Assembly (NCBI RefSeq): GCF_031769215.1
Contig: NW_026782179.1
Span: forward strand, 2,108,001-2,172,000
Length of the DNA stretch: 64,000 nucleotides
DNA from: Ylistrum balloti
Taxonomy: Eukaryota
Reading direction: 5' to 3'
Below are positions 1-13,775 of this stretch, piece by piece (positions within the stretch are counted from its first letter, which is position 1; the number at the start of each line of letters is the position of its first letter). The notes under the pieces are model-generated. The model ran no database searches and had not been told where the DNA came from. It worked only from the letters and a program-made list of their open reading frames with translations. A program made the translations under genes and the position numbers.

Positions 1-755
1 GTACTTGGCTTTTGAGTATTGAATAAAACAGGACATTGCACTCATTTTTTAGTGTTAGGCAATTTAGCAGAAAATACTGCATAGATATGTGGACCTAAGC
101 TGAAAATCACATTTAATCTGTGTATTTTTTATTAAGGATTTTGCATATTGAAAATTCGGCCTGAGATGATTTTCACAACTTGGGAAATTATGGAATCTAT
201 CCATTAGTCCATCAGTAATCTTACACATGAATTAATTGCAGTTGTGCCCCTTGATCAATGACTTAACAACACAACCCCTACCTTTCGATGTTCTGCTGCT
301 ACAATAGTAGTTTTGTACTTGTTTAAAATTCATCCCCTATAGAATAATTGTTGACTTCTTTAGGTTTAATACCTGACAAATATCACAACTATTCCACATA
401 TATTTTCCTGATAAAACTGGTTTAACCAGTATTGTGCCAAATCAGACACTAAACATATACTGTATGTTGCTACTTGGGTTATTGCAAGTTAAGTAAACAT
501 GTTTCCAACTTGCTTATTTCTGATCACAAAATCTGTTATATGATACAGGCGTACATTTTATTTAAAGGAATAGACAGATTTTTAATTCTGATTTATCATT
601 GGTAAATAATTGACAGCAAAACAGAAGGCAAGAACATTAAGTAAGTGTTAGTTTTATTCATTTTCAAGTAAGTAAATTTGTATCTCAACTCACAAGATTC
701 TAGAGATTATGATAACCTGTTTTAAACATTATATTTTTCCTTGTTTGTTTTCCAG

Positions 756-869
756 GTAAACAGTGTACCAACAGTCCTTGGAATAAAGAATGGAAAAGTC
801 CTTGATAAATTCATCGGACTTCAAGAAGATGATAAATTAAACTCCTTTATTGAAAAATTAATCCACTGA
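756..869 (+). CDS. TXN2: Terminal coding exon of mitochondrial thioredoxin (thioredoxin-2); upstream exons lie outside the window
   Basis: Acceptor ttgtttgttttccag|GTA at 755/756. Translates VNSVPTVLGIKNGKVLDKFIGLQEDDKLNSFIEKLIH*, matching the TXN2 C-terminus as I recall it ([37 protein letters not shown]). Absent from the ORF track. Confidence 0.9.
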   Translation, partial: VNSVPTVLGIKNGKVLDKFIGLQEDDKLNSFIEKLIH

Positions 870-2382
870 AGGAAGAGGTTTGAGAGAAAACATGATAAAG
901 AGACCTGACTCGACTCTGATATCAATAGAAAATTGAAAAAAAAAAATACTGAATGAACTTTCAATCTTTTTTTGTTTAAGATTAAAATGGTACAAAGTAG
1001 AACTTTTAGATTAGACCATTCAAATGATAAGGTGAAAAAGTACCGTTTCTCTTTATTTGATGTTTCTGTGACAGAATGTTTACTTGTGTTGTGAAGAAAT
1101 CTTTTCCAAGTATTGATTTTTTCTTTTTCGGAGATGTTTTCACTTTTGGAATAACAGATTTTGTAATTTTTTCTTTATCGTAGATCTGTCCATATACAGG
1201 CTACATTACTTTTCAGATGTCTGGTGATGATGGATTTTGATTAGATTTGTTGATTCAAGTTTAAATCACTGTTGGTTATGTAATTATTGTGTCACTCTAA
1301 TTAAGATTACATTCATATATAGTATTAAAGACTACATAATATATTATGTGAAATATATTATGTAACAAAGAGGTTTGAGGGAAAAATAATATAATAATTC
1401 ATAAGACATGTACTACATGTATAAAAAATGTATGCAAATAATTTCTAAATTTAGAATTAATTTCTACTTATGATGCAATTTTATTTGATTTGAAAGATTT
1501 TTAAACTTTGATAGCTGTTCAACAATTTCACTAAATTGAAGTTATTTTTTTGGATAAATAAATATATGATATAAGAACATATAAAAATGATGAATTAATG
1601 CTGCAGTGATATTCATTATTTTATCAAAATATTATTACACTAATATTTCAATACCAAAGCAAACATATTGTGCATTTACTGCATGATCATAAGTAAAAAA
1701 ATATTTTAAACTATCCTACATTTGTAAAATGAAAATCTGAATCAGAAGTCTAATATGCAGCCAAAGTGTTATGATCTTATGAAAAAAAGCATTGCACTAC
1801 CACATTGTATTAAATTCAGAGCTGTGTCTCAAAATGCTTTGACAGTGAAACAGGTTTTGAATTTTTTTTTTATTATTATTATTTTTTTTTTTTGTATTTT
1901 GCATTGTATGGATGGGAGACATGTGTAAACTATCTAAAAGACAATCAAAAAGACTTAGATGCCTGTAAGTTGTCAACTTGAAATTGAAAGATGTTTACAT
2001 ATATATGTTACATAAGTGTGTAAGAGCTCAGTGTATGCAAAAAGGCTTGTCAATGCTGAAGGGTTTTAATATAAGTCCCAGAATTACTTTAACATTTTTT
2101 ACCAGTGAGATATATTAGTTAGAAAGTGCTGAGATAACAGAAGAACTGTAATAAATGTCATAGGATGTCTGATTTTCCAGCTGTCAGATTTTGTGTACTG
2201 ATCACATTGTTAATGTAGTAAAAGTCCTCAACTGTAGCAAACCAAGTTTGAAATGTCATTTACACTCACACCACAATATGTTTTATGATCAAGTTCATTA
2301 GGGCCAATCTGCTTTTCCTTTCCTTGTAATAAAATAAACTTATTGTGTGCAAGTGTTATGATTTGATGTTAGAAATGTAGTG

Positions 2383-2575
2383 CACAAGTCCCTGTGATGA
2401 AGATATGACACCTGTCTTTCATGATTTTTGTTAACCCAGCACACAAGTCCCTGTGATGAAGAGGTGACACCTGTCTTCCATGATTTCTGTTAACCCAGCA
2501 CACAAATCCCTGTGATGAAGAGATGACAGCTGCCTTCCATGATTTCTGTTAACTCGGCACACAAGTCCCTGTGAT
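2383..2575. repeat. 59-bp tandem repeat, about 3.3 copies
   Basis: cacaagtccctgtgatgaaga recurs at 2383, 2442, 2501 (cacaaatccc variant) and 2560. Confidence 0.9.
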
Positions 2576-3515
2576 ATAGAGTAGTAGAAGCAATGTCTAG
2601 TCCAGCTTTAATAAAATATTTACTGATAGTGACAAAGAAGCAAGGGTATCTTATAGTATTCATTGTAGAAATGGATAGCTGTAAGTTTGCTCCTTGAAAC
2701 TTCATGCAAAAAACAAAAAATTGTAGTTCAGTTATTTTAATTTTGGTGAAAACTTTCCTTGTCTCTAAAAAGTCTTTATTTAACATAATTTTTGTATAGA
2801 AATTTTCCTTTTCCCCATTTTTAATAAAAATGGTTTTGATATTGTTAGTGAATGGAAAATGATTTTTAGCAAACACTTGCTGTGCCTACCAAGTTTAAAT
2901 GAAACATGTCAGACTTACATTGAAATATGTCAGGCATACATATTCAGTCTTGTGCTTAAGCAATGATGGGAATTTGATTCTTGGCGCAGGATTAAAACAC
3001 ATAAAAAATGAACAAGAATTGTTCAAATAATGTTTAAATAAACAAATTTTTAAAATACATACAAGTAGTTAATGTTATGTTTTTGGCTCATCACAATCTC
3101 TGAGTTGTCAAAGTGTCGGAAGATATCATCTTCAAATTACCTTAATTAATGTTAAAGAATTAAATCCTCAAACAAACAAATTCAAAATCAAACAGTGAAA
3201 TGTGCCAGTCAGCTTCACATTTGATCTAATTTGTTTTCATAAAATCCTATGACATTTATTTTGAAAGTATAATGACAAGGAATTCAAATATTCTGTTTTC
3301 CTTTTTTTTAATCTTACAAAATTGGACAATTTGAAAATACAGAATATGAATTTGGAAGATTCTGATTAAATTTGGTACGTCAAAATGCAGTGTATAACCT
3401 CACACTGGGGTGGCATTGCAGGGCCATGCAGGAGAGGGAACAACTGAATTATTTAGAAAAGGAGTAATTTTGATATGATTTCATTTGAGACTCGTATGTT
3501 AGGGGTTCTGGTTTG

Positions 3516-4507
3516 GATTTATTAGGTTATCAGACCCAAAGGGTCAGGATGACCTGTAGCCATCATGTTTCATCCATCATCTTGCACCATGCGTTACATG
3601 TAAACTTTCCATTCAAACAACTTCTTGATAACCAAAAGGCCCAGGGTACTAATATTGGACCTGTAGCATGCTTGGATGAAGAGCTACAAAGTTTGTCCAA
3701 ATGATTGACCTTGACTCACTTTTAAGGTAACAGGGTACAAACTTATGAATGCTCAGGATGGTGAAGTGGGGAATTTGTAATGCATTTGCCTTTCACCAAG
3801 GGGTCTGGGGTTAGATACCTGGAACAGACGTGAAAAGCTATGTGGTCATCTGTCTGACCATATGGGTCTTCCCCAGGTACCACAGTTTCTTCCCACTGCA
3901 AGACCTCTTGCACTTTTTCATCCGGGCCGACAAGAGTGATTAATATCAGCTAAAACAGCTTGTTTTGCAGTTGTGAAATAAATTTATATATATTAAATGT
4001 GTCAAAATCTTTAAGCAACATCTTATCAATAACCAAAAGGCCCAAGGTGCTGATATTGAACCTATAGCATGCTGGCAGCAAAGGCTACAGAGTTATTTCA
4101 GTGAATGACCTTAATCATTGTTCAAGGTCACAGGTGTTGAAATCCTTCAACATCTTTCTTCTAACTAACCAAACAGTCAAAGGTGATGATATGGGGCTTT
4201 AAAATACTTGTTATGTAGGAATACCTGGATCTTGTTCCAACATTTCCTGAAGGATGTTTGGGTGAAAGGGAATCAATTTTGTATGGTGAGTGGATTTCGG
4301 CCCCTTGGAGTGGGAGGGGTGCGTGGAAATAGAGAAATTCTTTAAAATCAATCCTCTGTTGAAACAATACATCTCCCACCCTTCGGAAAGAGGGAATGGG
4401 TCTTATAGGGGAATTAGATGCAAGTGTTTTAAATAAGTTTCCTTTAGTTTAGATAAATCAATTTCAGCAAACCAGATAAGCGATACAGGGCCAATGTAAT
4501 TCTTGTT
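3516..4507 (+). mobile_element. Non-autonomous Helentron/HINE-like element with internal repeat units
   Basis: 5' hairpin gacccaaagggtc near 3530. The internal unit ataaccaaaaggccc...gacctt...aaggtcacagg is present twice (about 3628 and 4029). The 3' end cagataagcgatacagggccaatgtaattcttgtt resembles the bivalve HINE-type terminus (CAGGTGAGCGA...GGCC...CTTGTT). Confidence 0.6.
3757..3985 (+). mobile_element. tRNA-derived SINE with V/Nin-like core, nested in the HINE-like element
   Basis: tRNA-like head gcatttgcctttcaccaagg...ggggttagatacc (degenerate B-box). Central gggtcttccccaggtaccacagtttcttcccac resembles the SINE core GGGTTTTCTCCGGGTACTCCGGTTTCCTCCCAC. Tail ends gaaataaa then AT-rich. 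Confidence 0.55.
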
Positions 4508-4646
4508 ATCATAAAAACTGAATAATGCTATCCAGCCGTCCATCCTAGTCACTCAAGTCTACAGCATATCTCATAAACTAGTGTATACATTGCCCATTTC
4601 ATGTAGAACTGGTGCCGATCTTATAGTACTTCCACACTGAAATTTA

Positions 4647-5290
4647 CTGCTGAAAGCACCCAACAAGGCATTTCGAAGCATGTAGCAATGATATTGGGGA
4701 AAAACTGAAAGCACCCAGTAAGGACTTTGGAGCATGTAGCAATGATACTGGGAGAAGGTGAAAGCACCCAGCAAGGACTTCGGAGCATGTAGCTATGATA
4801 CTAGGAGAAGGTGAAAGCACCCAGCAAGGACTTCGGATCATGTAGCAATGATACAGGGAGAAGGTGAAAGCACCCAGCAAGGACTTCGGATCATGTAGCA
4901 AGGATACAGGGAGAAGGTGAAAGCACCCAGCAAGGACTTCGGATCATGTAGCAATGATACAGGGAGAAGGTGAAAGCACCCAGCAAGGACTTCGGAGCAT
5001 GTAGCAATGATACTGGAAGTAGGTGAATGCACCCAGCAAGGACTTCGGAGCATGTAGCTATGATACAGGGAGAAGGTGAAAGCACCCAGCTAGGACTTCG
5101 GAGCATGTAGCAATGGTACTGGAAGAAGGTGAAAGCACCCAACAAGGACTTCGGAGCATGTAGCAATGGTACTGGAAGAAGGTGAAAGCACCCAGCAAGG
5201 ACTTCGGAGCATGTAGCAATGGTACTGAGAGAAGTTGAAAGCACCCAGAAACGCCTTTGGAACATGTAACAATGATATTGGGAGAAGGGG
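4647..5290. repeat. 53-bp minisatellite, about 12 copies
   Basis: Unit gaaagcacccagcaaggacttcggagcatgtagcaatgatacagggagaaggt; period 53 (e.g. 4760 to 4813). Confidence 0.95.
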
Positions 5291-8200
5291 GCTTGTGTAA
5301 CAATATGCAATTGCTAATGTATACTACACAAGTCCCCTCTACCAGAAGCATCTGGTCACAATATACTGACAAACTATTGGTTCATGAGACCCTTACAACT
5401 CTGGAATATCGTGGCAAAGGAACAGAATCCAACGCCTGCCTCAAAGAGGCAAACGCTCATCTCAAGTCAAAAGTGAGGTAGTATATTCAAGAATTAGAGG
5501 AAATACCAGATCCCAAATTTAGCTGCCCCTTATCATCATGAAATGGGGGAAAGTTGGTATAGTTCTTATATCCTCCCTATGGAACTATTTCAGTAGGATT
5601 CTGTGTTGTATAACTGATAGGTAATATCTAGTATACTTTGGCATGGCTGCTAATCTATTCTGGAGTTAATTTCTGGTTCACGTTTGTTGTAGAAGAAGAA
5701 CATTCAATTTTTGTTTTTCTTTTGTTATTAACGTACTTTTTCTATTGTCGATTGGTGAAAAAATGTTAAATTGCCGTACTACCAATAATGAATTTTAAAG
5801 TTATCCTGTTCGTCGGAAATTATGGTGAAATACAGCGGGGCTAAGACAACTTCATGACGATGATGGTCATATGACAAGCGACTGACCAATCGTCATATGC
5901 AAAATCAATTGTCTGGTCTGGGTTAGGTTACTGCACAAAAATAAAAGCTTTACGTTATTCAGTTTGAAAGAAAATCTATATGCTCCGAAATCAAAATATT
6001 CTTAATATAGCTGTTCAAAGTGAAATCAATGTTAGATAGGGATTATATGTATCACGTGGTCCTGCCAAGGTCAAACATAGGTCAGTGTTTTATTACACAC
6101 CAAAATAAGAGGTACATATCTTGCATGACCTAAAGGTGGTATAAACACTTCATTTATTGGATTTCTTCTGGAAGATGAAGTGAATCTGGTAATCGTTCGT
6201 TCAGACATTTATCTTGATGTGGAGTTTGGTGAAGCGACACTCTAGAATGAGATAGTGTTTATACAATCCGTTATACAAACACAAATGGTTGGACGGTCAG
6301 TATTCTGATATCGATTCCACTGACCATGGTCGCTTTACAACAACACTGGTTGTTATCTGTATGGATACAGAGAGAATTTGAAACGGATTAAATAATTAGT
6401 ATTCAAGTTTCTACAACGATCACGTGGCGAGATGGGAGAGTGTTGAGTTAAGACGTCTGGTTTAGTTCAATCGGATACAAGTGATGTTCCCGCGCAGGCC
6501 GTAGACTGTTCTGGTTCTAAAGCAAAATATCTTTGTATGCTTTGCATGTAACTGTACTATGTCAGAGAGAAAAGAATGTCCAAGACTAAATTAATCCAAA
6601 TATGATAAGACAAAGTGTTTCAGATATTTAGATTCAACTATTTGGTCAAAGCACCACGGTCCCCCGTTCATCATGTCTTTGAATCTTGGACCTATTTAAC
6701 CATTACGCAATTAGTTAAGGAAGAAACCCCAAACCATGTGACTTTTATTGTTTTACTGTCCGGCAGAATAGGGGTCAGTTTGTGGCACGAAGTAGCCAGG
6801 TGATTAGGCTATAACAACTGACCACTGTCCAGCTTCTGCTACCGGACGTATTTTGTATTTACTCTTGCCAAATTGATCGCATGTCACAGGTGTATGCATG
6901 CGGATGACGGCTGTGACAGGAATTGGGCGAAAACTAATTATCATGGTAGAACATAAAATAGATGTATAGATTTTTTTTATTACAGACTAGAAAGTAAACT
7001 TTATTCAATTATCATAGATTGGACTACACAAACAATTGTTCATTTTAATATAAAGAAGCAAAGATAACACAGATGAACTACTACACGGACTTGCGTGGAT
7101 ACCTGGACAACTAGGCACAGGAAGACGTATTCTGGAAGCTTTTGAAATCAAGGTACGAGTGCTTTTTGATCTTTAAAAATAATTAAAATGTTTTCATCTT
7201 ATCACTCAATTACATGTGAAATTTGATGTAAGCATGGATCGATGTATCGTGCGTGTACAGGCAAAAATCACGTATGAAAGTGCAAATACAACGTAGAAAA
7301 AAAATCAACAAATAAGTGATGCGTGAATTCCATGATAGAGGGATGTTTAGAGGTGGGATCGCAATGATGTAATCGATAACATGTCGGTGCGAGCGATTAC
7401 CATTTAGTGAAAGAACAGGCTTCCGTGAAGAAACAGTCATATTTCGATAGAATAATAATAATAAAAATGATGAAATATCTTATTTAAGTTTCACAAAGTA
7501 ATTCATATATAAAACATCTTTTTTTATGTAATATATATGAGAGAATTAATATCCGGCCAAGGATTGATCTACGAGGCATTATTAGATATAAGAACCAGCA
7601 TAACATACAATATATAGTTTCTTTCAACAACATCAATTTAAACTGAATAACAAGAAGAGAAATTTCTAAAATAACTCCTAGTTATGTATACTGATAATAT
7701 CCTATAAAATGCTTTCCGCATCAATATTCTTATGAGACTTAAAATGATCAAAATATGTACAAGTATCAGTTAGAAATAATTATATAAGATGTATTTTATA
7801 TCTTAGTGTCAGCCGTATTCATACAAAATGCTACAATTTATTCAAGTGTAAAAATAGATGGTACATTAAATCTAAATCAAATCAACACTCCAAGGTTTCT
7901 CATCTTCAACCACAATATGACCTTTTAGTGTAGATTTTGGGTGCATTTAGCATAACTCTGGTGAACATGTGTATGTGTATATATTCTCCATATATAAAGT
8001 GTCTTAAAGTGTCTTAGTCATCCAAGAAACCGAGTGTGTGAATGTAAGATTAATCCAATTGCATTTAATTATCGGCCTTTATCCTCAACGGACCGTGAGT
8101 ACATGTGATATCATTTAACAGAATGTTTATCAACACACGATACCATGTGGAGAATTAAGGAATAGTTGCTGATAATTTGTTCTCTTTAAAAGTAAATTGA

Positions 8201-8339
8201 CAAAGGAGGCATAATTCGAAGTTTGAATTAGTTACATAATAATTGTAAACATTTGAATATAGTTGGCTTTACCTAATATATATATATATATGATGATGTA
8301 TATATATATAAGTAACGATACCTTTCTCTGTGTACCTAT

Positions 8340-8712
8340 TATGGTAGCGATGATGATGATAATAATGATGGATGACGATGATAAAACAGATGGATGTTGA
8401 TGATGATAAAACAGATGGATGATGATGATAATAATAATGATGGATGATGATGATGATAAAACAGATGGATGATGATGATGATGATAAAACAGATGGATGA
8501 TAATGATAATAAAACAGATGGATGGTGATGATGATGATAAAACAGATGGATGATGATGATAATAATAATGATGGATGATGATGATGATAAAACAGATGGA
8601 TGATGATGATGATGATAAAACAGATGGATGATAATGATGATAAAACAGATGGATGGTGATGATGATGATAAAACAGATGGATGATGATAATGATAATAAT
8701 GATGGATGATGA
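8340..8712. repeat. Compound (GAT)n microsatellite with aaaacagatg cassettes and an approximately 131-bp higher-order period
   Basis: Directly visible; the gatgatgataataataatg block recurs at about 8421 and 8552. The array runs into the assembly gap. Confidence 0.9.
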
Positions 8713-8848
8713 NNNNNNNNNNNNNNNNNNNNNNNNNNNNNNNNNNNNNNNNNNNNNNNNNNNNNNNNNNNNNNNNNNNNNNNNNNNNNNNNNNNNNNNN
8801 NNNNNNNNNNNNNNNNNNNNNNNNNNNNNNNNNNNNNNNNNNNNNNNN
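8713..8848. other. Assembly gap (136 N)
   Basis: Run of N. Confidence 1.
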
Positions 8849-9367
8849 TCGAGGGATTTCCTATCAAATAATTGAATGTATGATTATCAATATATAATTA
8901 TTAATATAACTTTTGTGTTTGCAATCATTTTGTCTATGTATATTCCAGGAATTTCCTGCCACCAGTTATCACGGTTTTCCTATGTATGAACTATCTTGTC
9001 CAGTAAACAGGTGTAACTGGAAGGCTTGTCCTATTTTAAATACCCTTTTCTTTATTGGATATTCCTGTTCGATACACGAAAAGAAATAAGGAAATAGAAT
9101 CTTAAAAGGTTTGTAGTTTGACTTCTGATATACTTTTCGTGACCACGGGGTCAAGGTTCATTTCTGTAACAAACTGTTTCTCAGTTTAACTCTATTGTTT
9201 CTAATTCTAATTTTGTATTGAAAGGTACAATCCACTTGCAAGACTTTTGTACAATCTTAATTTAAACTTGACATTAAGCATTTGCAACACTCATTGCCTT
9301 TTACACTATACAACCATGACATGACACTGATTATTATCAACTTGTTTTTTTTTCATATTAAAGAAAA

Positions 9368-10354
9368 ATGACATCTGACGGCAACCTGACGACACCTGAG
9401 GAAGCAGACGACGGTTACCCTCCTCTCCTTATAGTTTTCATTGTGTTGCAGCAACTTGTTTTCAGCCTTTCCTGTGTTGGCAATGGTATCGTCATATATA
9501 TCTTTATTCGTCACCTCCGTCTCAAATCCTTAACCAACCGTTTTGTCGTGGGACTTGCCGCCGCCGATTTCTTCACGGGACTTTCGGTCGGATCTCAGAT
9601 ATTTTATTTCTTATTTCCAAACCTGAACACTTACAGGGTGGCATGCTTCATCAGGTACCAAATGGTTGCATTTATGACGATGACATCACAGTTGACAGTG
9701 TCATTTACTACATTCGACAGATACATGGCGATTTGTCATCCCCATAGTTACAGTAAAGTGGTAACCAACATTACGGCGAATGTCCTGGTTACGACGCCAT
9801 GGATTTATGCTCTCATTATAACGACGTCATCCTACATTGGACTTGAGCCACGGACAAGCGATTCCTTAAACTGTCTCTATCATCTCATATTCGAACATGG
9901 CGTCTATTTAGCATCGGCATTGACTATCGTCTTTTTTAGTATCGCATCTTTCGTCATGTACATGTGCATTTTACGCATTGCATGGAAATACTACAACAGA
10001 ATACGTCCTTCCATCTCCTCCAGTTCCAATCCCAAAACACGTCAGAAGTCCACGGAGCGGGACGTCCGAAGTGCAAAGGTTATGGGAATCGTAACGACGG
10101 GGTTTACGGTTTGTTGGGCACCATTCACGGCCTATCAGTTCCGATATGGATTGGGGTTTGTTGACCTGACCATGGACGATATCAGTGCTTCCAATTGGCT
10201 TGTATTTCTTGGGATGACCAATAGCCTTGTAAATCCGGTGATATACGCTTGGCAGAGGAAGGATTTCAACAGAGCTTGCAGGAAGCTCTGTGGTCGAAAC
10301 ATTGACGGGAGCAATTCTACGGCCGGCTTCACTTCACATGTCTCAACAACGTAA
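9368..10354 (+). CDS. Intronless rhodopsin-family (class A) GPCR, orphan, 328 aa
   Basis: Seven hydrophobic segments with GN (TM1), LAAAD (TM2), C3.25 and DRY (TM3), W (TM4), CWAP (TM6) and NPVIY (TM7). An acceptor ttttcatattaaag just before the ATG and a donor AAG|GTACGA at 7152/7153 suggest a 5'UTR intron. Confidence 0.95.
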   Translation: MTSDGNLTTPEEADDGYPPLLIVFIVLQQLVFSLSCVGNGIVIYIFIRHLRLKSLTNRFVVGLAAADFFTGLSVGSQIFYFLFPNLNTYRVACFIRYQMVAFMTMTSQLTVSFTTFDRYMAICHPHSYSKVVTNITANVLVTTPWIYALIITTSSYIGLEPRTSDSLNCLYHLIFEHGVYLASALTIVFFSIASFVMYMCILRIAWKYYNRIRPSISSSSNPKTRQKSTERDVRSAKVMGIVTTGFTVCWAPFTAYQFRYGLGFVDLTMDDISASNWLVFLGMTNSLVNPVIYAWQRKDFNRACRKLCGRNIDGSNSTAGFTSHVSTT

Positions 10355-11326
10355 ACGTTTTCATGAAAAAAACATGGCAATGGAATTTTATATACCTCAT
10401 AACTGATTATACAGTGATTTTATCTGTTAAGTATTACAATAAAGTAGCTATGAACAGATGTCTGTCAGTATCGAAGGTATTGGGGTTTTGATAAAAAAAA
10501 TATTTTGATATTAATATCATAAAAAAGAAAATAGTAAAATGCTCACATAATGTCCGTTTATCCAGTTCCTATCTGTGAAAAGGCATATGACCCAACAGAG
10601 CATCATCAATGTTGTTAAAATCAATTATACCCTTACTGTCATTACCTTATCCGTTCATACATATCTCCATGATGCCGTTGGATGCACCCCTGGAACATTG
10701 CAAAATGGAAGGCACAAGCGAAGTAATTTTATTGGTTCCAGGAGAAATAAACTGACCAATTAAAGGCTGATACGCTTCTTTTGAAGATTACAAGTGAGCA
10801 ACACGCAACTTCAAAGCTGTTACAATATGTGTTATGCGACCTCGAAATTCGTTTGATGTACATCAAAGGATCAAACTAATGTCGTTGTCTTGTTCACAAG
10901 GTGTCGCACACGAAACCTTCAGTTTTGCCATGACATTTTCCACAGATGCAGAGAGTGAAAGTGATTGCAACCCCTGAAGTATCGCGGATACTCTTCCTAC
11001 TATATCTAGTGAAAAGAAATGTATTGCTTTCATGCCAATGAAAATTAGCTCAGTTCTGCGAATTTCGGCCTCCTTATTCATGAATCTTATACATTTCTTC
11101 AAGAATTGTAACTACCAGTGTAAATAATCTTCCTAGAAATATGCAATGTTGATACTTATTTTTTCAAATGGCAGTTCCATCAATGACCAAAATATATCCT
11201 AGCCTACTAAGTGTTGAAAGACATTAATGATGGACCCCTTTGGCGCGCCATTCACACCAGATACATTCCTATAACGTTTATTCATTATTCCTTTGTATCT
11301 GGTTGTTGAAAAATGATGCTCGCTTA

Positions 11327-11830
11327 TTTTTTTAGCTCACCAAGGCTGAAGGACAAGTGAACTAATGCCATACCGCGGCGTCCGTGCGTTCGTCAATATT
11401 TTTCATAAAAATCTCGACTGCTACTGCCTCAATTTGGTCTGAAGCATTCGTGGGTAAAGCGGATCGATTTTGAATAAACGGTGGCTCTCTGGCTTCCGCG
11501 GTCAGGAGGGAAGGGCTAAACTTTATACAACATTTCTTCTTCTGTTAGAATGCCTAGAGTCTATCAAAATTTAGTCTGAATTATTCTTAGGTGGTGGAGA
11601 ATCAATTTGGTATAAATGGTGGGTCTCGTCCCCCGAGCGGAAGGCACATTTGAGAAACCGAGGAAATTCTTTAAATCCCTACTAAATTACAGGACTTTGT
11701 CCAAATAAGATATGAAATATTTTTGCATACATTTTCTATAAATGAACGGTCAGACTCCCTAGGGCAAAGGAGTCAACTCGATGTAATAGAGAAAAAGCAA
11801 AGCTGGAAACTGTGCCTTTCCAAATTTGAT
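11327..11830 (+). mobile_element. HINE/Helentron-like non-autonomous element (degenerate; 3' boundary uncertain)
   Basis: Starts tttttttagctcaccaaggctgaaggacaagtgaactaatgccata...cgtccgtgcgttcgtc, the same 5' signature as the copy at 44765. Confidence 0.6.
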
Positions 11831-12544
11831 GAAGGCTAATTTTGATCTGAAGTATCAATTGATTGGAACTATTTAATACGGAGAAAACAAAGGATTTAGT
11901 GTCTGAAATCTGGTTTCTATCTCGGTGCTATATAAATTGAAATACATTGTCACAAATATTTCTGCTGACAGAAAACAACAGCCCACTTTATACACGCTAT
12001 TTTTCAAAGGGCGCTATGGAGACAACATGCAGTTGAATAATGAATAATTGAAAGTTCCAAATAGAAGACTAGTTTGATCCTTTGATATACATTAGTCGAA
12101 TCTCGAGGTCGAATAACAGTATGTTATACTGACTTTGAAGTTGGGTGTTGCGCCTTTGTAAACTTCAAATGAGATTTTCAGTCTAAGATTGATAAGATTT
12201 TTCCTGAATCCCCCACTAAACTAATAGAATTACTTGTTACTTTTTTTTTACCATGAAATGTTCCAGGGATATAGAGAGTGATACTGATCTTAACCCCATT
12301 TAAAATAATTCACTGAAATATTTCATTTCTTTTTTTTTTTTTATTTTTGAAGGTAAACAAGCCATACTGTGGCAATGATGTTTGCTATGTGTAATTTATA
12401 CGCATTTCAAAATATTGTGTTAAAAAAATCAATTTTCATTTTATTTCAAGCTCTGAAATACGTTGTTGCATTCTGAAGCCATTCCTTCCACCATTATTCA
12501 GCAGACTTGCTGAAGTTTCATCGTATTTATATTGTCAATTGTAA

Positions 12545-13775
12545 TATAAATGCCCTACTATCTACGAATGTCCTGCTATTAGGCAAAACTATTTAGTCAA
12601 CGCTAATATGATTGTCTCACTATCTAGTAAACGCTACTATGAATCCCCGTCTATGTAGTCATCACTAATATGAACGCCCTACTGTCTAGTAAACGCTGCT
12701 ATGAATCCCCGTCTGTCTAGTCACCACTGATATAATGCCCTACTATCTAGTAAACGCTACTATGAATCCCCGTCTATCTAGTCAAAACTAATATAATGTC
12801 TTGCTCTCTAGCAAACGCTACTATGAATACTCGTCTATCTAGTCACCACTAATATAATGCCTTTCTCGTAAACGCTACTATGAATACCCGTCTATCTAGT
12901 CAAAACTAATATAATGCCTTACTCTCTAGTAAACGCTACTATGAATCCCCGTCTATCTAGTCACCACTGATATGAACGCCCTACTCTCTAGTAAACGCTA
13001 CTATGAATCCCCGTCTTTCTAGTCACCACTAATATGAACGCCCTACTATCTAGCAAACGCTACTATAAATCCTCGTCTATCTAGTCACCACTAATATAAA
13101 CGCCTTATTATCTAGTACACGCTACTATGAATCCCCGTCTTTCTAGTCACCACTAATATGAACGCCTTATTATCTAGTACACGCTACTATGAATCCCCGT
13201 CTATCTAGTCACCACTGATATTAACGCCCTACTATCTAGTAAACGCTACTATGAATCCCCGTCTATCTAGTCACCACTAATATGAACGCCCTACTCTCTA
13301 GTAAACGCTACTATGAATCCCCGTCTATCTAGTCACCACTAATATGAATCCCCTACTATCTAGTAAACGCTACTATAAATCCCCGTCTTTCTAGTCACCA
13401 CTAATATGAACGCCCTACTCTCTAGTAAACGCTACTATGAATCCCCGTCTTTCTAGTCACCACTAATATGAACGCCCTACTATCTAGTAAACGCTACTAT
13501 GAATCCCCGTCTTTCTAGTCACCACTAATATAATGCCTTACTCTCTAGCAAACGCTACTATTAATCCCTGTCTATCTAGTCACCACTAATATAATACCTT
13601 ACTCTCTAGCAAACGCTACTATGAATCCCCGTCTATCTAGTCACCACTAATATGAACGCCCTAGTATCTAGTAAACGCTACTATAAATCCCCGTCTATCT
13701 AGTCACCACTAATATGAACGCCTTACACTCTTGTAAACTCTACTATGAATTCCTACTATCTTGTCACCAGTAATT
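12545..13775. repeat. 62-bp minisatellite made of two related ~31-bp halves, about 20 copies
   Basis: ctagtcacca recurs at 13081, 13143 and 13205; unit tctagtcaccactaatatgaacgccctactatctagtaaacgctactatgaatccccgtcta. Confidence 0.95.

Noticed and set aside
4571-5481. Several overlapping ORFs
   Set aside because: Artefacts of the 53-bp minisatellite; the period is not a multiple of 3 and the same peptide cycles through frames.
8232-8897. His/Ser/Ile-rich ORFs of 63-211 aa
   Set aside because: They are the (GAT)n microsatellite translated across an N gap.
10863-11102. 79-aa minus-strand ORF with coding-like composition
   Set aside because: No recognisable motif or splice context; possibly decayed TE sequence.
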